Below are positions 18,840-25,516 of a stretch of DNA of 55,743 nt, in pieces (position 1 is the first letter of the stretch; the number at the start of each line of letters is the position of its first letter). A model generated the notes under the pieces. That model saw only the letters and a program-made list of their open reading frames with translations, was not told where the DNA came from and ran no database searches. Both the position numbers and the translations under genes were made by a program. This stretch comes from a virus (lineage: Duplodnaviria > Caudoviricetes): positions 1 to 55,743 of IMG/VR virus record IMGVR_UViG_3300044711_000113; one strand, 5' to 3'.

Positions 18840-19024
18840 TCGGGTGGGTTGTCACCTCGGGCCTCACCAGCCCGAGCCGCGGCCGTGGCGCACTCGTCAC
18901 GCCCGCAGGTCCACCGCCGCCACGACCCCAGATTGCCCGGATCGATACGCAACGGCCGACCACACCACACACAGACCGAAGCCCCCACAGCCCGCAGACC
19001 GGACTGTGAGGGCTTCGGCGTCAC
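18821..19024 (-). CDS. Small putative Zn-binding protein
   Basis: GTGA coupling; CVWC...CGRDEC. Confidence 0.45.
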   Translation of the reverse strand: MTPKPSQSGLRAVGASVCVWCGRPLRIDPGNLGSWRRWTCGRDECATAAARAGEARGDNPPEGVSSV

Positions 19025-19404
19025 CTCTGCACCGCCGTACGCATCGACGCCGTGGACGGCGACGGTGTGGGCTGCGGCGCTGGATTCTTACGGTGCGGGC
19101 ACGCGGCCACAGCGGCGATCACCAGCACCACCAGCAGGACGAATCCGGCTTTGTTACTCCGCGACATCGGAGGAGGCTTGCTCATCTCCGACCCCCAACC
19201 ACCCGGTCGACCATGGAATTCTGGTCGTCGACGATCGCCTGCCCGGTTCTGCAGGCGCACGCCTGCCCGCGGGGCAAGCAGCACGTTCTCGATGACACGC
19301 CAGACCAGGCCGAGCTTGACCACCTCGTCGCCGCATTCCAGCGTGCGCAGGTGGACAGCCCCGGTGAGCTGGGGGCCGATGTCGGTGTCGAGCACCTTGG
19401 CCAT
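19021..19404 (-). CDS. Hypothetical protein with C-terminal TM segment (may be two genes)
   Basis: ATG after ACAGGAAGGGAG leader; internal ATG (MSKPPP) precedes a hydrophobic stretch. Confidence 0.55.
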   Translation of the reverse strand: MAKVLDTDIGPQLTGAVHLRTLECGDEVVKLGLVWRVIENVLLAPRAGVRLQNRAGDRRRPEFHGRPGGWGSEMSKPPPMSRSNKAGFVLLVVLVIAAVAACPHRKNPAPQPTPSPSTASMRTAVQR

Positions 19405-19435
19405 TTGGTTCTCCCTTCCTGTGGGTTTTCTTGCG

Positions 19436-19487
19436 CGGGTGCCCGGGAGTCGAACCCGGGCAAGACCGGCCTGGTTACCGGTCACCC
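19436..19487 (-). ncRNA. Mini tRNA-like element (52 nt, no anticodon arm)
   Basis: GGGTG ACCGG-TAACCAGG-CCGGT CTTG CCCGGG-TTCGACT-CCCGGG CACCC G. Confidence 0.7.
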
Positions 19488-19578
19488 TCCTTTGGCGCTG
19501 GCTTAGCTCCGGCCAGGATCAGCACGCGGTACCAAAATGTGCTGACTGTGAGCCGAATCCAGGGCTTAGACATCGTCG

Positions 19579-19812
19579 TCACCCCTTCGCCTTGCAGTAC
19601 GGGCTCCTGCACCCGTGCCCTTCACCGTGCGCTTCGTCCCAGACGCTGTCGATGACCGCGCCGGCCACCGATCCCACGACGTCGATGAATTCGTCGCGTT
19701 GAGAACCGCTCAGCTTGGCAAGCCAAGCCTTCATCTCCGGCACCTCGAGCGCGACGCCTGAAGCCTTGAGCCGGGCGACGTCCTTCACGGTCAAACCACG
19801 CGGTATAGGCAT
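19579..19812 (-). CDS. Small hypothetical protein (array cargo)
   Basis: ATG after ACAGGAAGGAG leader; 77 aa. Confidence 0.65.
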   Translation of the reverse strand: MPIPRGLTVKDVARLKASGVALEVPEMKAWLAKLSGSQRDEFIDVVGSVAGAVIDSVWDEAHGEGHGCRSPYCKAKG

Positions 19813-19835
19813 GGCCTGCTCCTTCCTGTTGGGGC

Positions 19836-19901
19836 TGCTCTGCGTGGGCGCCCGGGGCTTGAACCCGGGTGCTTGCCTGCCTTTCGGCCGCCCGTGGTGC
19901 T
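19836..19901. repeat. 66-bp exact direct repeat, copy 1
   Basis: Identical to 21104-21169; contains a mini-tRNA. Confidence 0.9.
19845..19893 (-). ncRNA. Mini tRNA-like element (49 nt)
   Basis: GGGCG GCC-GAAA-GGC AGGCAAGCA CCCGGG-TTCAAGC-CCCGGG CGCCC A. Confidence 0.7.
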
Positions 19902-20145
19902 AGACGAGGAATCTGGTCTCCAACGCGAGCTGATAGCCCATGTTCGCGAGGCTGGTCTCGATGATCTCGCTGTCGCCGTCGTTGCGTCCGTCGAACTCCT
20001 CGGTGCGTACAACCTGCTGACGCACCGAGCCGCCGCCGGACGTGTAGGTGACCACGACACCATCGGGTGTGAAGAGCACGACCGCGAGCTCGATGCGCCC
20101 GTCTTCGCCTTCACGCCGCCACACCTCGTTGGTGACCTGCATCAT
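19900..20145 (-). CDS. Small hypothetical protein (array cargo)
   Basis: ATG after ACAGGAAGGGG leader; 81 aa. Confidence 0.65.
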   Translation of the reverse strand: MMQVTNEVWRREGEDGRIELAVVLFTPDGVVVTYTSGGGSVRQQVVRTEEFDGRNDGDSEIIETSLANMGYQLALETRFLV

Positions 20146-20165
20146 TTCCCTGTCCCCTTCCTGTC

Positions 20166-20190
20166 GGGTGTATTCCCCGCGAACACACCC
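20166..20190. promoter_or_regulatory. Palindromic operator inside the array (no clear -10)
   Basis: GGGTGT-ATTCCCCGCGAAC-ACACCC, next to a strong hairpin at about 20194-20229. Confidence 0.65.
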
Positions 20191-20234
20191 GAGGTTGCGA
20201 GGGTACGGCCGAAACCGCACCCTCGCAACACCCG

Positions 20235-20411
20235 CTAGTCGTACAGGGCCTCGACGCCCGCGCGCATGCGCAGCACGTCCTCGACCTTGGATCGGATTTC
20301 CCGCGCTCGCGCGTCGACCGATTCGGCCGTCGCCCGGATGACGCCGCTCCGCTCGTCGACCAGCGACGCCGCAGCGACGGCGATAATCAGGTATTCCTTC
20401 AACTCGTCCAT
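20235..20411 (-). CDS. Small hypothetical protein, 58 aa (array cargo; not in ORF track)
   Basis: Manually translated MDELKEYLIIAV...EALYD*; RBS GGAAGGAGG. Confidence 0.6.
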   Translation of the reverse strand: MDELKEYLIIAVAAASLVDERSGVIRATAESVDARAREIRSKVEDVLRMRAGVEALYD

Positions 20412-20427
20412 GGTGGACCTCCTTCCG

Positions 20428-20475
20428 CAGGTGGCCGGGAGTCGAACCCGGAAGGCCCCAACTGCGGCCCCACCC
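20428..20475 (-). ncRNA. Mini tRNA-like element (48 nt)
   Basis: GGGTGG GGCC-GCAGTTGG-GGCC TT CCGGG-TTCGACT-CCCGG CCACCT G; GCAGTTGG resembles a D-loop. Confidence 0.7.
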
Positions 20476-20484
20476 TCCTTTTGC

Positions 20485-20829
20485 CTAGCCCTCGATCCAC
20501 GCTGGCGGCGCTGTGCGCGTGACCGGCTGACGCTCCTCGAGCGCCGTCCACACGTCGCCAGAGGCGAGCCTGCGCTGCCCGTTGGGCACCGTGAGCCCGA
20601 GCGCTTCCTCGGCCTCCATCGAGACGATCCAGCACACCCGGTAGAGCATGCTGGGCTCGTCGAGCTCCGGTATCCAGCCCTGCGCCCAGTCGGCGCCGAG
20701 CGAGACGGCCATGTCCGCGATCTCGCGGGCGTGGTAGCGCCAGTTCTCCGGCGAGCGGTGCGAGCGGTGATGCGACACGTACATTTCGTCGCCGAACTGC
20801 GCGCGGATCGTGATCGGCTTGTCGTTCAT
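20485..20829 (-). CDS. Hypothetical protein, 114 aa (array cargo)
   Basis: ATG (MNDKPITIRAQ) after ACAGGAAGGGG leader. Confidence 0.65.
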   Translation of the reverse strand: MNDKPITIRAQFGDEMYVSHHRSHRSPENWRYHAREIADMAVSLGADWAQGWIPELDEPSMLYRVCWIVSMEAEEALGLTVPNGQRRLASGDVWTALEERQPVTRTAPPAWIEG

Positions 20830-20860
20830 GGTTCTGGCCCCTTCCTGTGGGTTGTTTGCG

Positions 20861-20907
20861 CGGGTGGCCGGGAGTCGAACCCGGTGAGCTCCTGGTGCAG
20901 CCCACCC
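20861..20907 (-). ncRNA. Mini tRNA-like element (47 nt)
   Basis: GGGTGG GCT-GCACCAGG-AGC TCA CCGGG-TTCGACT-CCCGG CCACCC G. Confidence 0.7.
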
Positions 20908-20914
20908 TCCTCGT

Positions 20915-21085
20915 TCAGTTGATGCAGCAGAGGTAAGATCCACACGGCTGGTCGGGTAGCGGATGTAGCCCGTCGGCCACTCGGTGGATGTGCCCGCAGT
21001 CGGGGCAGAACCCCGGCTCGTCGGGCGCGACCACCTCGTAGACACCGTCGGCCACCTGCACCGTGGGTCCCTGGTACTCGTCCAT
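20915..21085 (-). CDS. Small Cys/His-rich protein, 56 aa (array cargo; not in ORF track)
   Basis: Manually translated MDEYQGPTVQ...CPDCGHIH...CGSYLCCIN*; RBS GAGGAG. Confidence 0.6.
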   Translation of the reverse strand: MDEYQGPTVQVADGVYEVVAPDEPGFCPDCGHIHRVADGLHPLPDQPCGSYLCCIN

Positions 21086-21103
21086 GACGCTCTCCTCTCG
21101 TTG

Positions 21104-21169
21104 TGCTCTGCGTGGGCGCCCGGGGCTTGAACCCGGGTGCTTGCCTGCCTTTCGGCCGCCCGTGGTGCT
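21104..21169. repeat. 66-bp exact direct repeat, copy 2
   Basis: Identical to 19836-19901. Confidence 0.9.
21113..21161 (-). ncRNA. Mini tRNA-like element (49 nt)
   Basis: Identical to the element at 19845-19893. Confidence 0.7.
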
Positions 21170-21426
21170 CAGTGATCCATGCCGATCATTCGCCCGAACC
21201 AGACTGCGGCGGTCGCGACGGCGTTCCCGCGGGCGCCGGCTTCGCCCATGTACTTCGCCGCGATCGCCTCGGCGAGCGCCATGTCAAGCGAGTGGTAGTA
21301 CGTGCTGCTTGGCTTGGCGTCGCCGATGGTGAAGCGGAAGAGGTTGGGCTCGTCACGGTTCCAGTTGGGTACCTCGTCGATCGTGTACTCGCCGACGGTC
21401 CAGCTGTTGACGATGCGGTCGTTCAT
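21169..21426 (-). CDS. Small hypothetical protein (first array cargo)
   Basis: ATG after ACAGGAAGGA leader; 85 aa. Confidence 0.65.
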   Translation of the reverse strand: MNDRIVNSWTVGEYTIDEVPNWNRDEPNLFRFTIGDAKPSSTYYHSLDMALAEAIAAKYMGEAGARGNAVATAAVWFGRMIGMDH

Positions 21427-21460
21427 GATCTCTGTCCTTCCTGTTGGGGATCGTGCTGCG

Positions 21461-21564
21461 TGGCCCTGGAGGGAGTCGGACCCTCCCGCGTGCTTCTCGG
21501 TGGCTCGTAGTGCGCCATTGCCCCACCGCGTAGGTGGAAGCCGCTGCTTTCATGCCCGCGGGCC
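21461..21564 (-). ncRNA. 104-nt tRNA-like element with expanded central domain
   Basis: GGCCC ... GGAGGG-TCCGACT-CCCTCC A GGGCC A, followed by CGCA like the other elements. Confidence 0.55.
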
Positions 21565-21570
21565 GTGCTT

Positions 21571-21595
21571 GGGTTGCTACATCAAGGATACACCC
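21571..21595 (-). promoter_or_regulatory. Operator overlapping -10 (TATCCT) of the putative array promoter
   Basis: GGGTTG-N13-ACACCC; TATCCT on the minus strand at 21590-21585, about 20 nt upstream of the first tRNA-like element. Confidence 0.6.
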
Positions 21596-21696
21596 GAACC
21601 TGACGCGGGGCGTTGGGGCTTGTGTCGGGTTCCCGACTGAGCGTCCACGGCGCGGGCACCGTGCCCTGGTAGGCGCGGTGCCCGGCCGGTAGGCGA

Positions 21697-21900
21697 TCAG
21701 GCGATGATCAGGTGCGGGTTCAGCTCACGGACCGCCTCCTCGAGCGCGAGCGCCTGCTCGAGCCGGCCGTAGAACGCATAGCCGATCTGGCAGGCGTAAC
21801 TCGGTTCCGACTTGGCCCCGAGCCTGCATGAGGCGCAGATCTCGAGGTGTGTGTTGAGGTCGTCGATAGCGAGCTGAATGTCGTCCTTGATCTTTAACAT
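21697..21900 (-). CDS. Small hypothetical protein
   Basis: RBS GAGGAGGAG; MLKIKDDIQL..., H/CxxC/C residues; hairpin follows at about 21654-21683. Confidence 0.6.
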   Translation of the reverse strand: MLKIKDDIQLAIDDLNTHLEICASCRLGAKSEPSYACQIGYAFYGRLEQALALEEAVRELNPHLIIA

Positions 21901-21967
21901 GTGATCTCCTCCTCTGATTGCCCACGGCGTGTGCCCCGCCGCCGAGCGGGGCACCACCGGTAGACCT

Positions 21968-22270
21968 TCAGCCTTGAAGTTCTGCGATCTCTTCGGCCTG
22001 CATCTTCGGCAGGATGACCTTGTAGTAAGGCCCGTAGTCGCCTGCCCATTCAGGTCCCGTTCCGTGGTTGTAGATCGTTGCCCAGGGGCCTAGCCACCAG
22101 TCCCGATCGTCGGTCCAGACCTGCCACTCGTACCCGTAGGAGTCCTCGGGCGTCTCGCCGACCCACATCGCGTTGACGCTGTATCCGGCTTGCTTGAGCA
22201 TCTCTGCCCAGCGGCGGCACTCTGCGTTGGTGGGGTCGATCTCTCGCTGCGCTTCCTCGCTGTACTGCAT
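21968..22270 (-). CDS. Hypothetical Trp/Tyr-rich protein
   Basis: RBS AAAGGAG; 100 aa; own AT-rich upstream region. Confidence 0.65.
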   Translation of the reverse strand: MQYSEEAQREIDPTNAECRRWAEMLKQAGYSVNAMWVGETPEDSYGYEWQVWTDDRDWWLGPWATIYNHGTGPEWAGDYGPYYKVILPKMQAEEIAELQG

Positions 22271-22299
22271 TGTGCTCTCCTTTGTTCTGTTCTTTCCCT

Positions 22300-22350
22300 G
22301 TGCTTACTATTCTACCCTATATAACGCCCTGCGTTGGGTTTTTGTTCCAC
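22300..22350 (-). promoter_or_regulatory. Putative strong leftward promoter
   Basis: AT-rich island with -10 TAGAAT at 22314-22309. Confidence 0.5.
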
Positions 22351-22379
22351 CTAGAACTGTCGGATGGGCGACAAAACAA

Positions 22380-22412
22380 GCGAGGCCCTGACCGCGCCGG
22401 TCAGGGCCTCGC
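22380..22412 (-). terminator. Putative terminator
   Basis: GCGAGGCCCTGACC-loop-GGTCAGGGCCTCGC followed by TTGTTTT on the minus strand. Confidence 0.7.
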
Positions 22413-22425
22413 TGTTCACCAGGGT

Positions 22426-22617
22426 TTACATGGCCTCCCAGCTAACGAGCTCGATCTCGTTCCACCGTGACCGGAGCATCGTCTCCGCGTGCGATGCCGC
22501 CTCGCGTAGCCGCCGCTCGATAAGCGCCTCGGTGGGCTCGAAGGGAATCTCGACGCGCCGATGTGCCTCGTAACCCTGGAAGCGGTAGGTGAGCCGATAA
22601 GCCAGCGACTTCGCCAT
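22426..22617 (-). CDS. Small hypothetical protein, 63 aa
   Basis: ATG after GCAGGAAGGAG leader. Confidence 0.6.
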   Translation of the reverse strand: MAKSLAYRLTYRFQGYEAHRRVEIPFEPTEALIERRLREAASHAETMLRSRWNEIELVSWEAM

Positions 22618-22634
22618 GCGCTTCTCCTTCCTGC

Positions 22635-22659
22635 GGGTGTGTCCGACGAGGATACACCC
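22635..22659. promoter_or_regulatory. Palindromic operator overlapping leftward -10 (TATCCT)
   Basis: GGGTGT-GTCCGACGAGGAT-ACACCC. Confidence 0.7.
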
Positions 22660-22670
22660 GCGGCGACGGA

Positions 22671-23291
22671 TCAACCAGGGTCAGCACCAACCAGCGAACC
22701 TGCGATCGCGTCGGCGCGGCATTGCGGGCACCGCAGCTCCCCGTCGAGCTTCACGCCCGCGAGCCCGTGCACGCATGCCGGCGCCCGCGCGCCCGCGCGC
22801 GAAACGGACGGGATCTCTACGGACTGTATTGGCGGACTTCCACGTCCGCCTGACGGCCCTGTAGGTCCTCCTAGGCGGACTTCCACGTCCGCCTGACGGC
22901 CCTGTAGGTCCTCCTTAGCCGGCTCGGGCATCGGAAGGGGGACCAGGAAGTCCGCCTGCCTGCACCTGCGGCAACGGCAATCACCCGCGGCCGGGGTGAA
23001 ATGCGGCAGGGTGAACACCCGCGGCCGTCCAGGAACCGCGTACACCGGCCGTCCCCGCCGATCCCGCCCGAACTCAAGACGCACCTCGAAACCCCGCTCA
23101 GCAAGCCGTGACAGGGCGTGGCGCAGCCCCCGCTCATCTAGGCAGCAGCGGCGCAGCATCTCGGCACCGTCGATCGTGGCGGCCCGCTCACCTACACGGC
23201 TGCGCTCGGCGATCGCCAACAGGATCAGCCGCTCAGCCGCAGTCATGTCGGGAGCATTGCTGAACACCTCCTCGACCAGCTCATAGGCCAT
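22671..23291 (-). CDS. Replication initiator-like (winged-helix Rep) protein
   Basis: 'MAYELVEEVFSNAPDMTAAERLILLAIAE...LRHALSRLAERG' resembles phage Rep N-termini; internal iterons; C-terminal C/H-CxxC. Confidence 0.6.
   Translation of the reverse strand: MAYELVEEVFSNAPDMTAAERLILLAIAERSRVGERAATIDGAEMLRRCCLDERGLRHALSRLAERGFEVRLEFGRDRRGRPVYAVPGRPRVFTLPHFTPAAGDCRCRRCRQADFLVPLPMPEPAKEDLQGRQADVEVRLGGPTGPSGGRGSPPIQSVEIPSVSRAGARAPACVHGLAGVKLDGELRCPQCRADAIAGSLVGADPG
22830..22957. repeat. Iteron array, putative replication origin
   Basis: 42-bp direct repeat (22831-22872, 22874-22915) built from AGGCGGAC-N6-GTCCGCCT-like units; a further variant at 22936-22957. Confidence 0.7.
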
Positions 23292-23452
23292 CAGGCACCC
23301 GCGCAGGTATCGAGGAAGTTCCACCGTGTCGGCGGCGCACGGTAATATGCATCAGGTACCTCCGAAGTCGTCGTTTGGAGGGTGTTTCCACAGGAGGCCA
23401 CCCGTTCGCGGCGGGTGGTTTCCGTCTTTCTAGGCCCGGATCATGCCACGGT

Positions 23453-23743
23453 TCACGCGTCGCGTTCACCTAGCCGCGCGGCGTCCATCGCCCGCCACTG
23501 CGCCCGTGACGCCTCATCCTGCGTGACATGAATCCTGTTCTTCTTCGGCAACGGGCACCGTGCGCAACGCACCGTGTAGCCGTCCCACGCCCGCGCGAAC
23601 ACATGCTCACGCAGACCCAACTCCTCCAACTCCGGCGCGGGCGCCGGCACAAACCTGGTCGCCATCAGGGACCTGCCCGAAGGCGATAACCATCCAGGGC
23701 TCGCGGCACCCCGCCGGTAGAAAATCGGTAGATCATGCTGCAC
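23453..23743 (-). CDS. Hypothetical Zn-binding protein
   Basis: 'HVF...CARCPLPKKNRIH' motif; coupled to neighbours. Confidence 0.5.
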   Translation of the reverse strand: MQHDLPIFYRRGAASPGWLSPSGRSLMATRFVPAPAPELEELGLREHVFARAWDGYTVRCARCPLPKKNRIHVTQDEASRAQWRAMDAARLGERDA

Positions 23744-24128
23744 TCCTCTCGAGCACCGCGACGTCGCGGGGCAACGGCTCCTGGTATGACCCTTCGCACG
23801 GCCACAGTCGGCCGTCCTCCGGATTTTCCTGCCACCCGTGCGGGCGCAGAACGGGATTACTCGGCCCGTAGGTCGAGAACATGCCCTTGCAGTAAGGGCA
23901 TTGGTGCTGGTCGACTCCGGGCGGCCACAGCCCCTGTGAGCGGCCCCACGACTCGACGGCGTGCTCGGACCACAGCGGCGGCTCCTCGGACACGTCGGGA
24001 GGGCACAGCCGGCGCGCCTGCGGGTCGGTGTTGTTGTTCAGCGCGTTCTTGCGCCACCTGCGCGCCCGGAAGTAGCGCACCTGCAGCTTCTCGGCTACAC
24101 CCATCAGGTTTAACGGCTGCCTGCTCAC
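23733..24128 (-). CDS. HTH DNA-binding protein with C-terminal Zn-binding motif
   Basis: 'LNLMGVAEKLQV...RWR...PPD...PLWSEHAVESW' resembles AlpA/Xis-type HTH; CPYC...H...C. Confidence 0.6.
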   Translation of the reverse strand: MSRQPLNLMGVAEKLQVRYFRARRWRKNALNNNTDPQARRLCPPDVSEEPPLWSEHAVESWGRSQGLWPPGVDQHQCPYCKGMFSTYGPSNPVLRPHGWQENPEDGRLWPCEGSYQEPLPRDVAVLERSAA

Positions 24129-24142
24129 GGTCGGGTCTCCCT

Positions 24143-24226
24143 ATCTGTGTTCTCCAAGAATACATTTCACGATCGTGGCGCGCGCGAACCCGCGCGGCCT
24201 TGCATGTATTGTCTGTGAACACACTC
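24143..24226. promoter_or_regulatory. Divergent promoters, each overlapped by an operator
   Basis: TGT-GTTCTCCAAGAAT-ACA (24146-24164; leftward -10 TATTCT) and TGT-ATTGTCTGTGAAC-ACA (24205-24223; rightward -10 TATTGT). Confidence 0.65.
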
Positions 24227-24250
24227 CAACTCCCAAGAAAGCAGCCCGTG

Positions 24251-24388
24251 ATGTGTGAGTCCAGCCCTTGGCAGATCCTGCTCTCGCCCCTGTTGTGGCT
24301 CGTCTCAGGCTTCGTCGTCGGCCAGATCGTGCGCTTGACCGTGCGGCGCATGGTCCGAGAAGAGCTCGACCGGAGGGCGTCCAAGTGA
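24251..24388 (+). CDS. Small membrane protein
   Basis: First rightward ORF; hydrophobic segment. Confidence 0.45.
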   Translation: MCESSPWQILLSPLLWLVSGFVVGQIVRLTVRRMVREELDRRASK

Positions 24389-24606
24389 TCCACAAAAAGG
24401 AAGAGGCGCTCGTCGCGGCGGCGGTCGACCGGCTGCTGCGGCACATGCACGGCTTCGACCCGTCAACGCAGTCGTCGGCGGCCATGTCCGCGGCGAAGGC
24501 CGACGGCGCGTTTAAGGAGCGCCTCGAGGCGGCGTTCCGGATCGTGGTCACCAACTTTGACCCGGCGCCGCTCGTCGCCGCGGCGCTCGCCGAGCTGGAC
24601 CAGTAG
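24385..24606 (+). CDS. Hypothetical protein
   Basis: GTGA coupling, RBS GGAGG. Confidence 0.5.
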   Translation: MIHKKEEALVAAAVDRLLRHMHGFDPSTQSSAAMSAAKADGAFKERLEAAFRIVVTNFDPAPLVAAALAELDQ

Positions 24607-24615
24607 GGCTATGCC

Positions 24616-25011
24616 GTGCCGAGGACCTTGTCGAAGCGGCTCACATACGAGGCGAAACGTGGCCGCGACCGTGATGTGCGATCGGTCACCGAGTCTCGGC
24701 TGCTCGGCCTGGTCAGATGGGTTCGCATCACCGCCGGCCTCTACACGCTCGGGGCGACGCAGGGCACCCTGCACATACTCGCCTACCAGCAGTTTTATGT
24801 GTGCCGCGCGGTGCAGGCGTGGCAGCTCACCGAGTCCACCTTCGCGACCGTCTGGATCGATGCCGGCCACGAAGGCGTTCACCTGTTCTACGGCGAGCAA
24901 CTCGCCCTGGAGAAGTTCGCGCTCCTATGCGCGGCGCTCGGGGCCAAAGGCGACCCGTCGAACTACCGCAGCCACATCTACGAAGGAGACGACGACTATG
25001 ACGACGAGTAA
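24616..25011 (+). CDS. Hypothetical protein
   Basis: 131-aa ORF in a tightly packed operon. Confidence 0.5.
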   Translation: MPRTLSKRLTYEAKRGRDRDVRSVTESRLLGLVRWVRITAGLYTLGATQGTLHILAYQQFYVCRAVQAWQLTESTFATVWIDAGHEGVHLFYGEQLALEKFALLCAALGAKGDPSNYRSHIYEGDDDYDDE

Positions 25012-25516
25012 CCCGCTCTCGACCGCAGAGGACGCCGCCGGCTACCTGCAGGAGCGTTCGCGGGTCCGGCCCCATCCAGTGTTCAACGACGACGCCCTGC
25101 ACAACCTGCTCGCCGCATGCGCTGCGTGGGCCGCGCAGGCGCGCCAGGTCCACAAGCTGGCCGACACGGTCACGATGGACGTCCGGGTGCCCTACGACCC
25201 GCCGCTGCTTGACCTGTGGGAGCAAGCCGAGCCTTTGCTCGCCGCCGAATTCATTGGCCTGGACTGGTCGGACTGGCAGGTGTGGACTGTCGACCGGTCA
25301 CTGATCGGCGACGATTGGAACCCCGACTCGTTCGTGCTCTACGCCCGAGGCGAATACCGCGTCGGCGTGAGCTGGATCGGCCTCGGCCTACAGAACGCCA
25401 CCGTCAACCGGGTCGAGCCCGAGCTCGCCCGGCGTGCCGCGGCGCGGCTGCTCGCGATCGCCGAGCTGGCCGAGCGCCGGCAGGCCACCGCCCTCGAGGG
25501 TGGTGTGCGGCCGTGA
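24998..25516 (+). CDS. Hypothetical protein
   Basis: ATG after AAGGAG. Confidence 0.55.
   Translation: MTTSNPLSTAEDAAGYLQERSRVRPHPVFNDDALHNLLAACAAWAAQARQVHKLADTVTMDVRVPYDPPLLDLWEQAEPLLAAEFIGLDWSDWQVWTVDRSLIGDDWNPDSFVLYARGEYRVGVSWIGLGLQNATVNRVEPELARRAAARLLAIAELAERRQATALEGGVRP

Noticed and set aside
19436-21161. Mini-tRNAs as simple intrinsic terminators
   Set aside because: No U-tract follows on the coding strand, the loops are conserved T-loops, and an outer acceptor-like stem closes each element.
19436-21564. CRISPR array or attP-type tRNA 3' fragments
   Set aside because: Repeats vary in sequence, the spacers are full ORFs with RBSs, and no cas or integrase gene was recognised. Each element has its own matching 5' acceptor strand, unlike att-derived tRNA ends.
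21461-21564. HDV-like (theta) ribozyme adjacent to tRNA-like elements
   Set aside because: I could not build the nested double pseudoknot by eye; a motif search would be needed, so it is not claimed.
23380-23403. Possible additional operator GGGTGT...CCACCC
   Set aside because: Spacer is 12 rather than 13 nt and the right half-site is mismatched.
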